From Chthonomonas calidirosea (GTDB taxonomy: Bacteria; Armatimonadota; Fimbriimonadia; Fimbriimonadales; Fimbriimonadaceae), in NCBI GenBank assembly GCA_945859975.1, contig CAMAPH010000004.1:83212-147211 (forward strand): a DNA stretch of 64,000 nucleotides. The letters run 5' to 3'. The notes under the pieces are model-generated. The model was not told the origin of the DNA. It was given only the letters and a program-made list of their open reading frames with translations, and did not search any database. Every line of letters begins with the position of its first letter. Position 1 is the stretch's first letter. The position numbers were made by a program, and so were the translations under genes. Shown piece after piece: positions 28,070 to 36,710 of this stretch.

Positions 28070-30400
28070 TCAGTCAGTAAGGTCCTTTGCGGCGGCGCGA
28101 ATCCCGGCAAAGGGACTAGCTTTGAGCATTTTGACCGTGTCTGCAGGCAACGTGACTTTGCCAGCTTTACTGGCGCTGATTAACTGGAATTGGACGGCTG
28201 GATAGGCGTCGGTAAAGAGATTCTGAATTTCGTCTGCCGAAACCGGCCCAAGCTGCGCAAGTCCACGCAGGCCGTTTGCACGGACGCGCGAATCTGAATC
28301 CACGACTGCCAAACGAAGCGCATCCCGGTGAGCCTCGGTCGGGGTGTTCGCAAGCGCAACCGAAATTGATAGCCGAACTCCGATGCTGTCGTCTTTGATT
28401 CCCCGGTAGCCGTCTTTTCGAAACTCCGGCACGTTCGACTGAATCAGTTTGAGACAGCTCTTCAATCGGACGGCATCCCACGGTTCATTCACCGCAGACC
28501 AGAGCAGCTTCCTCATCTGATACTCGTCATTCGGATCCGAAGCGTCGGTTACGATCGACTTCAGCATCGGATCGACCTGGGTGATGTACGCCATTCGAAT
28601 GATGCCTGCTTCTCGACCCTTCAGCTTCGCAAGAGCCTTCAAACCCCCACGTCGCACAGCCGCTCTTCGATCTCCCAACAGAACGGAAATATAGCCAGCT
28701 TCTTTTGGATCCACGCCCTGAGCAACCACGAGCGCAGCCTCGACTCTGGCCGCGTCGGTGATTCCAAACTGCATGATGCGGCGCATTTCGGTCGGCGTTG
28801 TGGCGTCCGGTTCGGAAGCAAGACGTCGGACCGCAAGTTGAGCCACCCGACCCTCGATGCTCGATGCCGCCGAGGTCAAAGCAACGCGCAGAGTCGGACT
28901 GAGCGGCCGAGGCAGCGCCTGAATCGCGTTCATCGCCACTTCCTCTTCCGTATCCTTTAGCGCGGCAATGAAAATATCATCCGGTGTCTCCGCGCCAAAT
29001 TTCGTTGCGGCAGAAATTCTCTGATCAAGTTCGGAGAGAGCTGGCTCGGGCAGGTTGGAAGTGGGAGTCGCCACGAGCTTGAAATCGGTCAATCGAACCT
29101 CGATCGGACGATTCTGAATCTTCCCTCTCAAGAACGCTCCCGGAGCCGGCCGAACAGCGATGCTGCTGATCAGGTCTAGCCCGAGGTCCTTGAGTGAAAC
29201 TTGGACGGTTTGCCAGGTTCCATTTCGTTCGAACGGGACGGCTTGACCAAGCTTATCGGTCGCTAGCCGGTCGCTTCCCAAAGTGACCGCCGTCGTACCA
29301 TTGAACCAAAGCGCCACCGGCTCGGGGGTGTCTTGCTTCATCGAGAAGGTCAATGTCGGGGTTTGCTTCGGATCAATTCCACCGCCCGGCACGACGAGGG
29401 ATGCTCCGCCGGTGCGTCCGACGCTCCGCTCGGTAATCGAAAGTACTTGCCCCTTTTCGGGATCTGTGACCAAACTTACCGCGGTATCGGCCGACCGAAC
29501 GCCAAGCTCAACTCCGGCAGAACTCGGTACATCAAACGCGGCCGGAACGCCAGAAAACACCGCTAACTGCTGCTCGATCGTGGGCTCATCAAACGAAAGA
29601 ACCTTGGCCCATTCGGCTCCGGCTGGCCACTTGTTTGCGCCTTTTTGCACGCTCCAGAACAGCAACGTCTCACGGACTGCCTGGTCCAACTTGATCCCGA
29701 AAGAATGGGGACCGTAGTAGCCCAACGCAAAAGAAGGCGAATTCCAGATTCCGCCGAGCGGCGCAAACTGGCGCTCAAGGTTTGGCGCAAGAGCAGAGAT
29801 CACAAAACCAACATGATAAGGACCACGGTATTGCTTGTCTTCCGCATCGAAACTGCCACCGTTAGTCGCAACCTCAAGCTCGTTCCGCCAAGCCTCGGTT
29901 GGCAAACTTGCCATGCCAGGTTGGAGGTCAACTCGCTCAATCTCTCCGCGGATTTCAACGTCGGGCTGAAAGTCGACATTCCCGTCCGTGGAAGCGGCAA
30001 CCTGATTTTTCAGCCGTACAATTGCGGCCAGCGCTTCATTGACCTGGGCGTCTTCCATGTCCGCCCGACGCAGGCGCAAGGTTCCATCCGCGCTCGGCTG
30101 GAGCCCATCGACCCTCGGATAGATGATGAATTTGGCTCGAAGGACCGTCGCTCCGGCCTTAGGCAGCTTTCCGACCAACTGATCCGGTCGGTCAAGGATG
30201 AAGATTCGTTGCGGTTCCCCTTTCAGGTCGCCCCAGCCGCTCCAGGCATCAATGGCCCCGTCATAGTCGAGGTTTGTGGTGGACGCATACGACACTTCGA
30301 CGGTGCGTCCACCGATCTTTACGCTCACCGGAGCGGCTTGTTGAGGGTCCAGCACCCCCGGCATCAGGACCGAGGTCGCGAGGATTCCTATCAGATTCAT
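28070..30400 (-). CDS. Exported multidomain protein with C-terminal HEAT repeats
   Basis: Hydrophobic N-terminus, beta-rich middle, repeated L.D....VR..A...L units. Confidence 0.75.
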   Translation of the reverse strand: MNLIGILATSVLMPGVLDPQQAAPVSVKIGGRTVEVSYASTTNLDYDGAIDAWSGWGDLKGEPQRIFILDRPDQLVGKLPKAGATVLRAKFIIYPRVDGLQPSADGTLRLRRADMEDAQVNEALAAIVRLKNQVAASTDGNVDFQPDVEIRGEIERVDLQPGMASLPTEAWRNELEVATNGGSFDAEDKQYRGPYHVGFVISALAPNLERQFAPLGGIWNSPSFALGYYGPHSFGIKLDQAVRETLLFWSVQKGANKWPAGAEWAKVLSFDEPTIEQQLAVFSGVPAAFDVPSSAGVELGVRSADTAVSLVTDPEKGQVLSITERSVGRTGGASLVVPGGGIDPKQTPTLTFSMKQDTPEPVALWFNGTTAVTLGSDRLATDKLGQAVPFERNGTWQTVQVSLKDLGLDLISSIAVRPAPGAFLRGKIQNRPIEVRLTDFKLVATPTSNLPEPALSELDQRISAATKFGAETPDDIFIAALKDTEEEVAMNAIQALPRPLSPTLRVALTSAASSIEGRVAQLAVRRLASEPDATTPTEMRRIMQFGITDAARVEAALVVAQGVDPKEAGYISVLLGDRRAAVRRGGLKALAKLKGREAGIIRMAYITQVDPMLKSIVTDASDPNDEYQMRKLLWSAVNEPWDAVRLKSCLKLIQSNVPEFRKDGYRGIKDDSIGVRLSISVALANTPTEAHRDALRLAVVDSDSRVRANGLRGLAQLGPVSADEIQNLFTDAYPAVQFQLISASKAGKVTLPADTVKMLKASPFAGIRAAAKDLTD

Positions 30401-30401
30401 T

Positions 30402-31253
30402 TCATTCCCAGCTTTGGAAGATTCTCAAGTCGTCTGGACTTGTTGCGTGACCGTCGCCTCTCGTCCACTGCAGGCCTTCCTGCGTTCTGACGAGCGACAA
30501 GTCGGTCGGTATCTTCCCGATCAAATCTAACACCACGCGCTTGATTTTCTCCGAGTTTGACTGGAACACTTCAAGCACGCTGTGTGCGGTCACCGCATCG
30601 GCATCAGCATGAACGCCGCTGTCGTAGTCGGTAATCAACGCAATGTTTACTACGCCCATTCCCAGTTCGTGGCATAGGTACGCCTCCGGATATTGGGTCA
30701 TGTTGATGACTTCCCAACCCTGATCGTGGAACCACTTGCTTTCGGACTTCGTGCTAAAGCGCGGTCCTTGAATTACGACGACCGTTCCCTTTTCATGGCA
30801 AACGATCCCGTTTTCCCGAATCGCTTCCGCCGCCAGCTTCCGCAGCAGCGGGTGGTACATGTCGGCTGGAGACACGTGGGTGACGATCGGACCGTCGTAG
30901 AACGTGTCGCTTCGACCGTTCGTTCGGTCGACAAACTGATCGCACAACACGAAGTGACCCGGCTCCACGTGGCGCTGGAGCGAACCCGCAGCACAAGGGC
31001 TAATGATCGCCGCGCAGCCAATCGAGCGCATGGCCCAAACGTTGGCGCGGTAGTTGATCTTGTGCGGAGGAAGCGTGTGGTTTCGACCGTGGCGCGGAAG
31101 GAAGGCAACTTTACGACCGTTGACCGTGGCAAGGAAAACGGAGTCGCTCGGCGCGCCATAGGGCGTGTCGATCTTGACTTCGCGAACGTCCTCAAGCAGC
31201 TTGTAGAAACCTGAACCGCCAAAGACGCCGATCTCGGCTAATTCGCGCGCCAT
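30402..31253 (-). CDS. mtnP: S-methyl-5'-thioadenosine phosphorylase
   Basis: GGSG, TPYGAPS, LPRHG, GPRFSTKSES, INMT, TDYD. Confidence 0.92.
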   Translation of the reverse strand: MARELAEIGVFGGSGFYKLLEDVREVKIDTPYGAPSDSVFLATVNGRKVAFLPRHGRNHTLPPHKINYRANVWAMRSIGCAAIISPCAAGSLQRHVEPGHFVLCDQFVDRTNGRSDTFYDGPIVTHVSPADMYHPLLRKLAAEAIRENGIVCHEKGTVVVIQGPRFSTKSESKWFHDQGWEVINMTQYPEAYLCHELGMGVVNIALITDYDSGVHADADAVTAHSVLEVFQSNSEKIKRVVLDLIGKIPTDLSLVRTQEGLQWTRGDGHATSPDDLRIFQSWE

Positions 31254-32146
31254 TACTTGCTCACCACGCGCTTGTGCAGCTCGTCGATCAGCTTGTCCAC
31301 GCGGTAACCGCGTCGCGTGAGAACGTCTTCGTCGATCGGCACGATTCGCTTTTTCTGTACGGCCGATACGTTGGCGAACCGCTTGTCGTTGAGAATGATA
31401 TTGACCCTCTTAAGGGCATTGGCGCGGCTCTCGTCGTCCTTGTTCTCAACCCGCGGGAACGCCACAACGATCATGTCCGGGTTATTAGAAATGAAAGCTT
31501 CGGGGCTCAACGCGACAAACTTGTCGGAGGCTGGGCCAACCGGTTCTCCACCGGCGCTCTTCACGATGTCGGCAAGAAATCCTTGGGTCCCAGCGATGTA
31601 GTGCTCTGCGCCATCGCCGGCAAGAACCACCGCAACTTTCGGCTTCGGCTCGATCGCATCACCGAGAGCAGAATTCCGTGCAGCAAGGACCTTGTCCGCG
31701 TAAGTGTTGGCACTGGTTTCCGACTCGGTTTCTGCACCGAGAAGGTAAAGCTGCTCTACAAAGGCTTCGACCGTCTTAGCGTCAATGACGAAAGTCTTGA
31801 AGCCCATTCCCTTGATCTTCTCGACGTCCTGTTCGTTGTACAAGTCAGCGTCGTAGACGACCAAATCTGGCTTGATCTGCGCGATCTTTTCGTAGTCCGG
31901 CTTTACCGAGGCAACGATCGGAATGCTTTTAGCGATAACGGGGAAATCGTCGGCCGCAGTTCGACCTTTGAGAACGCCGGAGTAGTTAAACGAGCCAACG
32001 AGCTCTGTTGTGCTCGGGCTGAGGCTAACCACCGCCTTAAGCGGAGTCGCTCGCATCTTGCCACCTTGGGTGACCGGTGGAGCATCACACCCAAATACGA
32101 GAAGTAACGATAGGGCCGCGAGGGCCGCGGACAAACGACCGCGCAT
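31253..32146 (-). CDS. ABC substrate-binding lipoprotein (BtuF/siderophore helical-backbone family)
   Basis: Lipobox LVFGC, VVSLSPSTTE, PDYEKIAQIKPDLV. Confidence 0.8.
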   Translation of the reverse strand: MRGRLSAALAALSLLLVFGCDAPPVTQGGKMRATPLKAVVSLSPSTTELVGSFNYSGVLKGRTAADDFPVIAKSIPIVASVKPDYEKIAQIKPDLVVYDADLYNEQDVEKIKGMGFKTFVIDAKTVEAFVEQLYLLGAETESETSANTYADKVLAARNSALGDAIEPKPKVAVVLAGDGAEHYIAGTQGFLADIVKSAGGEPVGPASDKFVALSPEAFISNNPDMIVVAFPRVENKDDESRANALKRVNIILNDKRFANVSAVQKKRIVPIDEDVLTRRGYRVDKLIDELHKRVVSK

Positions 32147-32212
32147 AGTCCTCATTGTGGCGCAACCGTCTGGGCCCACGCACGACGTGAGCCCACAGAA
32201 TTCAGGTTTTGA

Positions 32213-33061
32213 TCAATACGTGACGTTAAGGCCCCAGAAGATTCGGCTCTTTCGAATAATTCCGAGACTCATCACGACATCACCGCGGCGCGGATCGTCT
32301 TCCGTCGAAAGCAGATACTTCGGATCCGACTTCTTGAGCGGTCCGAGGCTGTAGGCAACTGCATAGTTGGTGTTGAACGTGTCGTTCTCGACCACCAGCT
32401 TCACACGCGGCCCAATGCTCAGGCTAGCGTTGCCGAAGAGTCCCGCAAACCGACGATCACCCTTTCCAAGGCTGACATGAATGCCTTGCTTGATCTCGTA
32501 AGTAGCGACCACGTAGTACGACCGGCTGCTATCGTTGTCGCTCGGCTGACCCTGTCCGGCAGAACCACCGGTTGAGAAAGCGTCTTGAACTCCAACGCTC
32601 ACGCCGAGGCCCTTAACTCCCAGGCCTTGAGGTCCGAACGAAGGTGCGTACTGCAGGTTCAGCACGCTGTCACCAACGCCGCTGTGGAGCATTCCGCTGA
32701 TCGTAACCGCACCGTACGGTGACGGAATTCCGATCATCGCCTGACCCGTACCATTTGCGTCGGAGGCATCTCGGGAGCCGTTCGGGAATCGAAGGGTTCG
32801 GTCGCGGCTCATATTCGCAAAACCAAACGCGAAGTGATAGTCGGAAAGCGAGTAGCCGACGGGCGTCGAAATCCCCATCGCTCCCCACATACTGGGTTTC
32901 CCGAGCGAGTTGACGCCAAAGAGTCCACCCGGCAAGCCCGACATGTTTCGGAACTGAGGGTACTGTCGCGCTCCAGAGAGTGGCTGCGCGAGAGCAGAAC
33001 CTCCTACAACAAGAAAACCAAGGACGACGGCCGTCCGGACCAAAGGATTCGCTCGACGCAT
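32213..33061 (-). CDS. Putative outer-membrane beta-barrel protein (YjbH-like)
   Basis: Signal peptide, amphipathic beta strands, C-terminal aromatic residue (WGLNVTY). Confidence 0.55.
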   Translation of the reverse strand: MRRANPLVRTAVVLGFLVVGGSALAQPLSGARQYPQFRNMSGLPGGLFGVNSLGKPSMWGAMGISTPVGYSLSDYHFAFGFANMSRDRTLRFPNGSRDASDANGTGQAMIGIPSPYGAVTISGMLHSGVGDSVLNLQYAPSFGPQGLGVKGLGVSVGVQDAFSTGGSAGQGQPSDNDSSRSYYVVATYEIKQGIHVSLGKGDRRFAGLFGNASLSIGPRVKLVVENDTFNTNYAVAYSLGPLKKSDPKYLLSTEDDPRRGDVVMSLGIIRKSRIFWGLNVTY

Positions 33062-33129
33062 GGGTCCCAGTATAGAACGATGCCGACGACGCGGTGTGCT
33101 TTATCGGTCTGGTACATTTAAGAACACGC

Positions 33130-33205
33130 AGGGGTGTAGCTCAGTTGGTAGAGTCCTGGTCTCCAAAACCAGTTGTCGCGGGTTCGAGTCCTGTCGCCCC
33201 TGCCA
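33130..33205 (+). tRNA. tRNA-Trp(CCA)
   Basis: 76 nt; acceptor AGGGGTG/CGCCCCT plus GCCA; anticodon arm CTGGT-CTCCAAA-ACCAG; GTTCGAG. Confidence 0.97.
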
Positions 33206-33245
33206 AATCTTTCAAGCGCTAATTACGTGAGTCAAACTTTCCGAC

Positions 33246-33992
33246 TCACTTGATCAAGCTGCACAGGCGAATTGCCGCAACCTTAAGATTCTCGGTCGGC
33301 CGTTCTCCCATGAGGAAAACCGTGTAGTTCGGTTTGTACCAGCCGATGCAGTTCGCCTTACCGACGTGCCCAACCATGTACTTGCCGTCTTCGCCAGACG
33401 GGGTCATTCCGGTCAATGGCACTTGTCCTTCAACCGCGATCAAGACAATCTGGCCCTCGCCGTCTTTAATCCAGTGTCGTTCGACCATCTTGCCGCCCGA
33501 CAACCCTTTCTCCATGGCCAGTAGCTCGAGCCGGTCTGGTCGAGTTGCTTCACCCGCGAAGTCAAAGACCCCTTCAACCCATCGTTGAACTTCGGCCGGG
33601 GTTGAGGTTTGCTGGCGATTGGGAACGAATCCCGCCATCATTTCCGTGATGGCCGTGCCGTTCGGGTTTGAATTGCCATTCAGTCGCTGCCAGCCGCCGC
33701 CGACCACGATCATCAGAATGAGCGACGCACAAAGCGCCCAGGCATAGCGAGAAACAAAACTTTCGGTTCGGCGAGCACTTTCGATCTCAACGATGCGCCC
33801 TTTGCACTTCTTCCAGGCATCTTCGCATTCCATGCCGTAATTGAGGTTCACCATGGCCGACTTCTGGGCCTGAACCAGGGCAACTTGTTTACGAAGTTCG
33901 GCATCCTGACTCATCAGGGCTTCAAATGCCGTCTTCTCTTCCGGGCTAAGTTCCCGGTCTACGTAGGCGTGTAGCGTTTCCACGTCTCTCAT
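33246..33992 (-). CDS. Transmembrane anti-sigma factor
   Basis: LHAYVDRELS N-terminus, single TM; ATGA-coupled to the ECF sigma gene. Confidence 0.8.
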   Translation of the reverse strand: MRDVETLHAYVDRELSPEEKTAFEALMSQDAELRKQVALVQAQKSAMVNLNYGMECEDAWKKCKGRIVEIESARRTESFVSRYAWALCASLILMIVVGGGWQRLNGNSNPNGTAITEMMAGFVPNRQQTSTPAEVQRWVEGVFDFAGEATRPDRLELLAMEKGLSGGKMVERHWIKDGEGQIVLIAVEGQVPLTGMTPSGEDGKYMVGHVGKANCIGWYKPNYTVFLMGERPTENLKVAAIRLCSLIK

Positions 33993-34555
33993 TCGATCTC
34001 CATTCCTTCTTTAACGATGCCTTCACGAATGGCATATTCTGCCAGGGCGGTTCGGAGCAGAGCGCGACCTCGTGCCAGTCGAGATCGGACGGTGCCGATA
34101 GGCACATCCGTCGCGTCGGCAATCTCTTGATAGCTCAGCCCTTCAATGTCGCTCAAAATTACAGTAATCCTAAAATCTGCTGGGACCTTTGAAAGCGCTT
34201 CTTCGACTTCCGCCCCAAGTGCTTCGTCAAAAAGCGCCCGATCTGGAAGGACCGTTTCCGCTGCCGTAGGTTCAACTGCTCCATCTTCATCAAGCGAACC
34301 CATATGAGGGCCCCGCTGTTGCCGACGGTATTTGTTGATGTACAGATTCGTTACTATTCGCAACAGCCAAGCCTTGAAGTTCGTTCCATCAAATCGATCG
34401 AACGCCTCGTAGGCTCGCACAATGGCTTCCTGGCAAAGGTCTTCCGCTTCCTCACGAGATCTGGTGAGGCGAAGTGCGGTACCGAAGACAGACGGAAAGA
34501 CACTTTCAGCGTAGCGTTCGAATGCGTCCCGTTTATCCCGTCTGCCGAAGAGCAT
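33989..34555 (-). CDS. ECF RNA polymerase sigma factor
   Basis: AEDLCQEA, FKAWLLRI, LSYQEIA...GTVRSRLARGR. Confidence 0.93.
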   Translation of the reverse strand: MLFGRRDKRDAFERYAESVFPSVFGTALRLTRSREEAEDLCQEAIVRAYEAFDRFDGTNFKAWLLRIVTNLYINKYRRQQRGPHMGSLDEDGAVEPTAAETVLPDRALFDEALGAEVEEALSKVPADFRITVILSDIEGLSYQEIADATDVPIGTVRSRLARGRALLRTALAEYAIREGIVKEGMEIE

Positions 34556-34597
34556 TAATCGGCGGGAGAATACCCCTGCCCTACAGGCCACTTGGGA

Positions 34598-35305
34598 CTA
34601 CAGGAGCCGATACAAAAATGCCGCACTTGCGGCCCGAGGCATTTCCGGTAGCGGTTTGCCGCGGGGTTGCTCGGCCAGCCGCCCGACTTCGATTTGGAAC
34701 TGCTGGTCTTCCGCTAAGAATTTTTCGACGTAGGCACGGGCCGCTTTCCGGCCGCACTCGGCAAGCAACAGCTCAATGGCCGTTCCGTGACCAATCAGCG
34801 GCAATCCTGCGCCCATCAAGTTCGCTTCTAGTTGTTCAGGATCCTCAAACTTGGCAAACCAGGGGATTGCCGTAGCTTGAATGTGGGAGAGGAGTTCCGC
34901 ATACTCGTACGTCCGCCCCTTGCACCACCACACAAAATATGAAGGCGGAAGTTCGAGTGCACCGATATCCGATGAAGCAACCAGGATAGGCGCGGCACTG
35001 GCCGGCGTCCAATACTTCTCTCGTACGGCGCGAATGTTACGGTGGCAAAGATGGATGCGTAGGCGCACGGGAATTGCCGCAGCCTCAGTCTCGTTCACGT
35101 CAAGCAGAATTTCGCAAATCCAGTCGTCTCGTCGCCGTTCGAACTGCGGAAGACCGCCGTTGTGAAAGAGCCTAAAGCCCGATTGCCAGAGCCCACCGGC
35201 AATGAAATGGCTTGCGCCCTGACGAATCTTGGGAATGGGCGCCAAAGGCGAGCCGGGCTCGAACTCGCGTTGCCACTCGTCTGCGTGCCGGTAGGTTTTC
35301 CGCAT
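34598..35305 (-). CDS. Hypothetical protein
   Basis: 235-aa ORF packed between the cyclase and sigma genes; no motif recognised with confidence. Confidence 0.65.
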   Translation of the reverse strand: MRKTYRHADEWQREFEPGSPLAPIPKIRQGASHFIAGGLWQSGFRLFHNGGLPQFERRRDDWICEILLDVNETEAAAIPVRLRIHLCHRNIRAVREKYWTPASAAPILVASSDIGALELPPSYFVWWCKGRTYEYAELLSHIQATAIPWFAKFEDPEQLEANLMGAGLPLIGHGTAIELLLAECGRKAARAYVEKFLAEDQQFQIEVGRLAEQPRGKPLPEMPRAASAAFLYRLL

Positions 35306-35311
35306 GGAAAA

Positions 35312-36577
35312 TCAAACCGCCGGCAGCGGCGGAGTTTGCTCAGCCGAACCCGTCGTAACCATTGCCTTCGGCCGCCAGATTGCCGCCCGGGTGTCTGCCG
35401 CCTCGATCATCTCTTCCCCAACTGCGGTTGCTCCACCCGGCAGGTACATTACGCTGGCTTCGGTTACCGCCACGCCGCCCGGAGGGCAGTACTTCTGAAT
35501 CGTGGCCGCGACATCGATCACGTGCGAGAAGTTGAGCGACTTGATGTCTCCGCCCTGCGGCGTAACCACCGTTCCGGTATGAACGCCGCACCGCAAAGTG
35601 ATCGGCGACCCCAATCGGTTTCGGAACGTGTTGAGCTCAAACAATCCGGACTGAATCGTCTTAGCCGCGGCAAAGGCCTGATGCGGATGATCAAACGCAC
35701 AAGTGACGCCATCACCCGCCGTGCTGTGAACACGACCGCCGTAGCGCACCGTGATGCGCTCCACGTACCCGTGGTACTCGGTGAAGGTGTATTCCACCGC
35801 TAGAAGGTCCGCTTTCAGCTTCATCTTCGTCGAACCCACGATATCGACGCTGAGGAACGTAACGCTCTGCTCACCGCTCCGAAGTCGGTCCTGCAGCTCA
35901 ACGAGCTGAGAAAGCAGTTCTTGACGCTCCTTGATCGGGTCCCGCAATCCCAGACTGTCACGGTTGTTCTCAACCGCCTTCTTGAGCAGGGCGCCGGCAA
36001 TGCCGCCGCCAACCATGATTGGCAAAATCGCCGGAGCGTAAATCTTCATCGCCGACTGCATCAGCAACGAAAACACCGCGTACATTCCGAAGAACGCACC
36101 ACCAAGAATGGCTCCGTTCACACCGGCCCACTTAACATCTTTCGAAAGTGCGACCTGATACAAGCCGAGCGAAAGCGCGATCAGTCCGACCATGCTGAGC
36201 ACGCCGTACTGGCTGACCGAACTCCCGAGTCGGTACTCCAAGGCAAACAGGAAGGCGCACACCGTCGCCATGGTGCCAACGCCGACCATGCGGCGTGTTT
36301 CTGGGTCCAGCGTGAGGAACTGTGCACGCAGGTTGGTGAGCCGACTCCGGTTCTCCTTTTCTGCACGGACCTTGACCGCAAGTCGAACGTACTCGGTTGG
36401 CGCACCGGTGGCCTCGGCGACCGCCTGAATGGCGTCGTCGTCAAGCACTCCTCCGTTCGACATCCGCAAGCGCTCTGCGAGCGCCAGCATCTGGTCAACC
36501 GTGTCTTCGGTGAGGTCAAATTGCCCCCCCGAACCATCCGCTAGCCTCGTTTGCAGCGGGTTTAAATCTGAACTCAT
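35312..36577 (-). CDS. Membrane-bound class III adenylate/guanylate cyclase-domain protein
   Basis: Four TM helices, coiled coil, VDIVGST, AGDG, RCGVHTG. Confidence 0.85.
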   Translation of the reverse strand: MSSDLNPLQTRLADGSGGQFDLTEDTVDQMLALAERLRMSNGGVLDDDAIQAVAEATGAPTEYVRLAVKVRAEKENRSRLTNLRAQFLTLDPETRRMVGVGTMATVCAFLFALEYRLGSSVSQYGVLSMVGLIALSLGLYQVALSKDVKWAGVNGAILGGAFFGMYAVFSLLMQSAMKIYAPAILPIMVGGGIAGALLKKAVENNRDSLGLRDPIKERQELLSQLVELQDRLRSGEQSVTFLSVDIVGSTKMKLKADLLAVEYTFTEYHGYVERITVRYGGRVHSTAGDGVTCAFDHPHQAFAAAKTIQSGLFELNTFRNRLGSPITLRCGVHTGTVVTPQGGDIKSLNFSHVIDVAATIQKYCPPGGVAVTEASVMYLPGGATAVGEEMIEAADTRAAIWRPKAMVTTGSAEQTPPLPAV

Positions 36578-36710
36578 CCTTCTCTCCCAGAAACTGTACT
36601 ATTCCTTTGGTCAAAAAGGATTCATTCGAACCGCAAAATTCTCAGAATTGGTTCTAATGGCGCTGATGCCTCTGTATACGACCGTACGTCATATTAGGTG
36701 CTGGAAACTT

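Noticed and set aside
28060..28085. ECF-like promoter GGACCT-N16-CGTA on the minus strand (similar GTAACT-N15-CGTT at 56673-56697)
   Set aside because: Short degenerate matches with inconsistent spacing, and no matching motif found upstream of the ECF gene itself.
33130..33245. Island inserted at tRNA-Trp
   Set aside because: No repeat of the tRNA 3' end seen and no mobility genes.
34598..36577. Pycsar/CBASS-type defence system
   Set aside because: The cyclase is TM-anchored with no recognisable cNMP-binding, TIR or TM effector partner, and its context is ordinary chromosomal genes.
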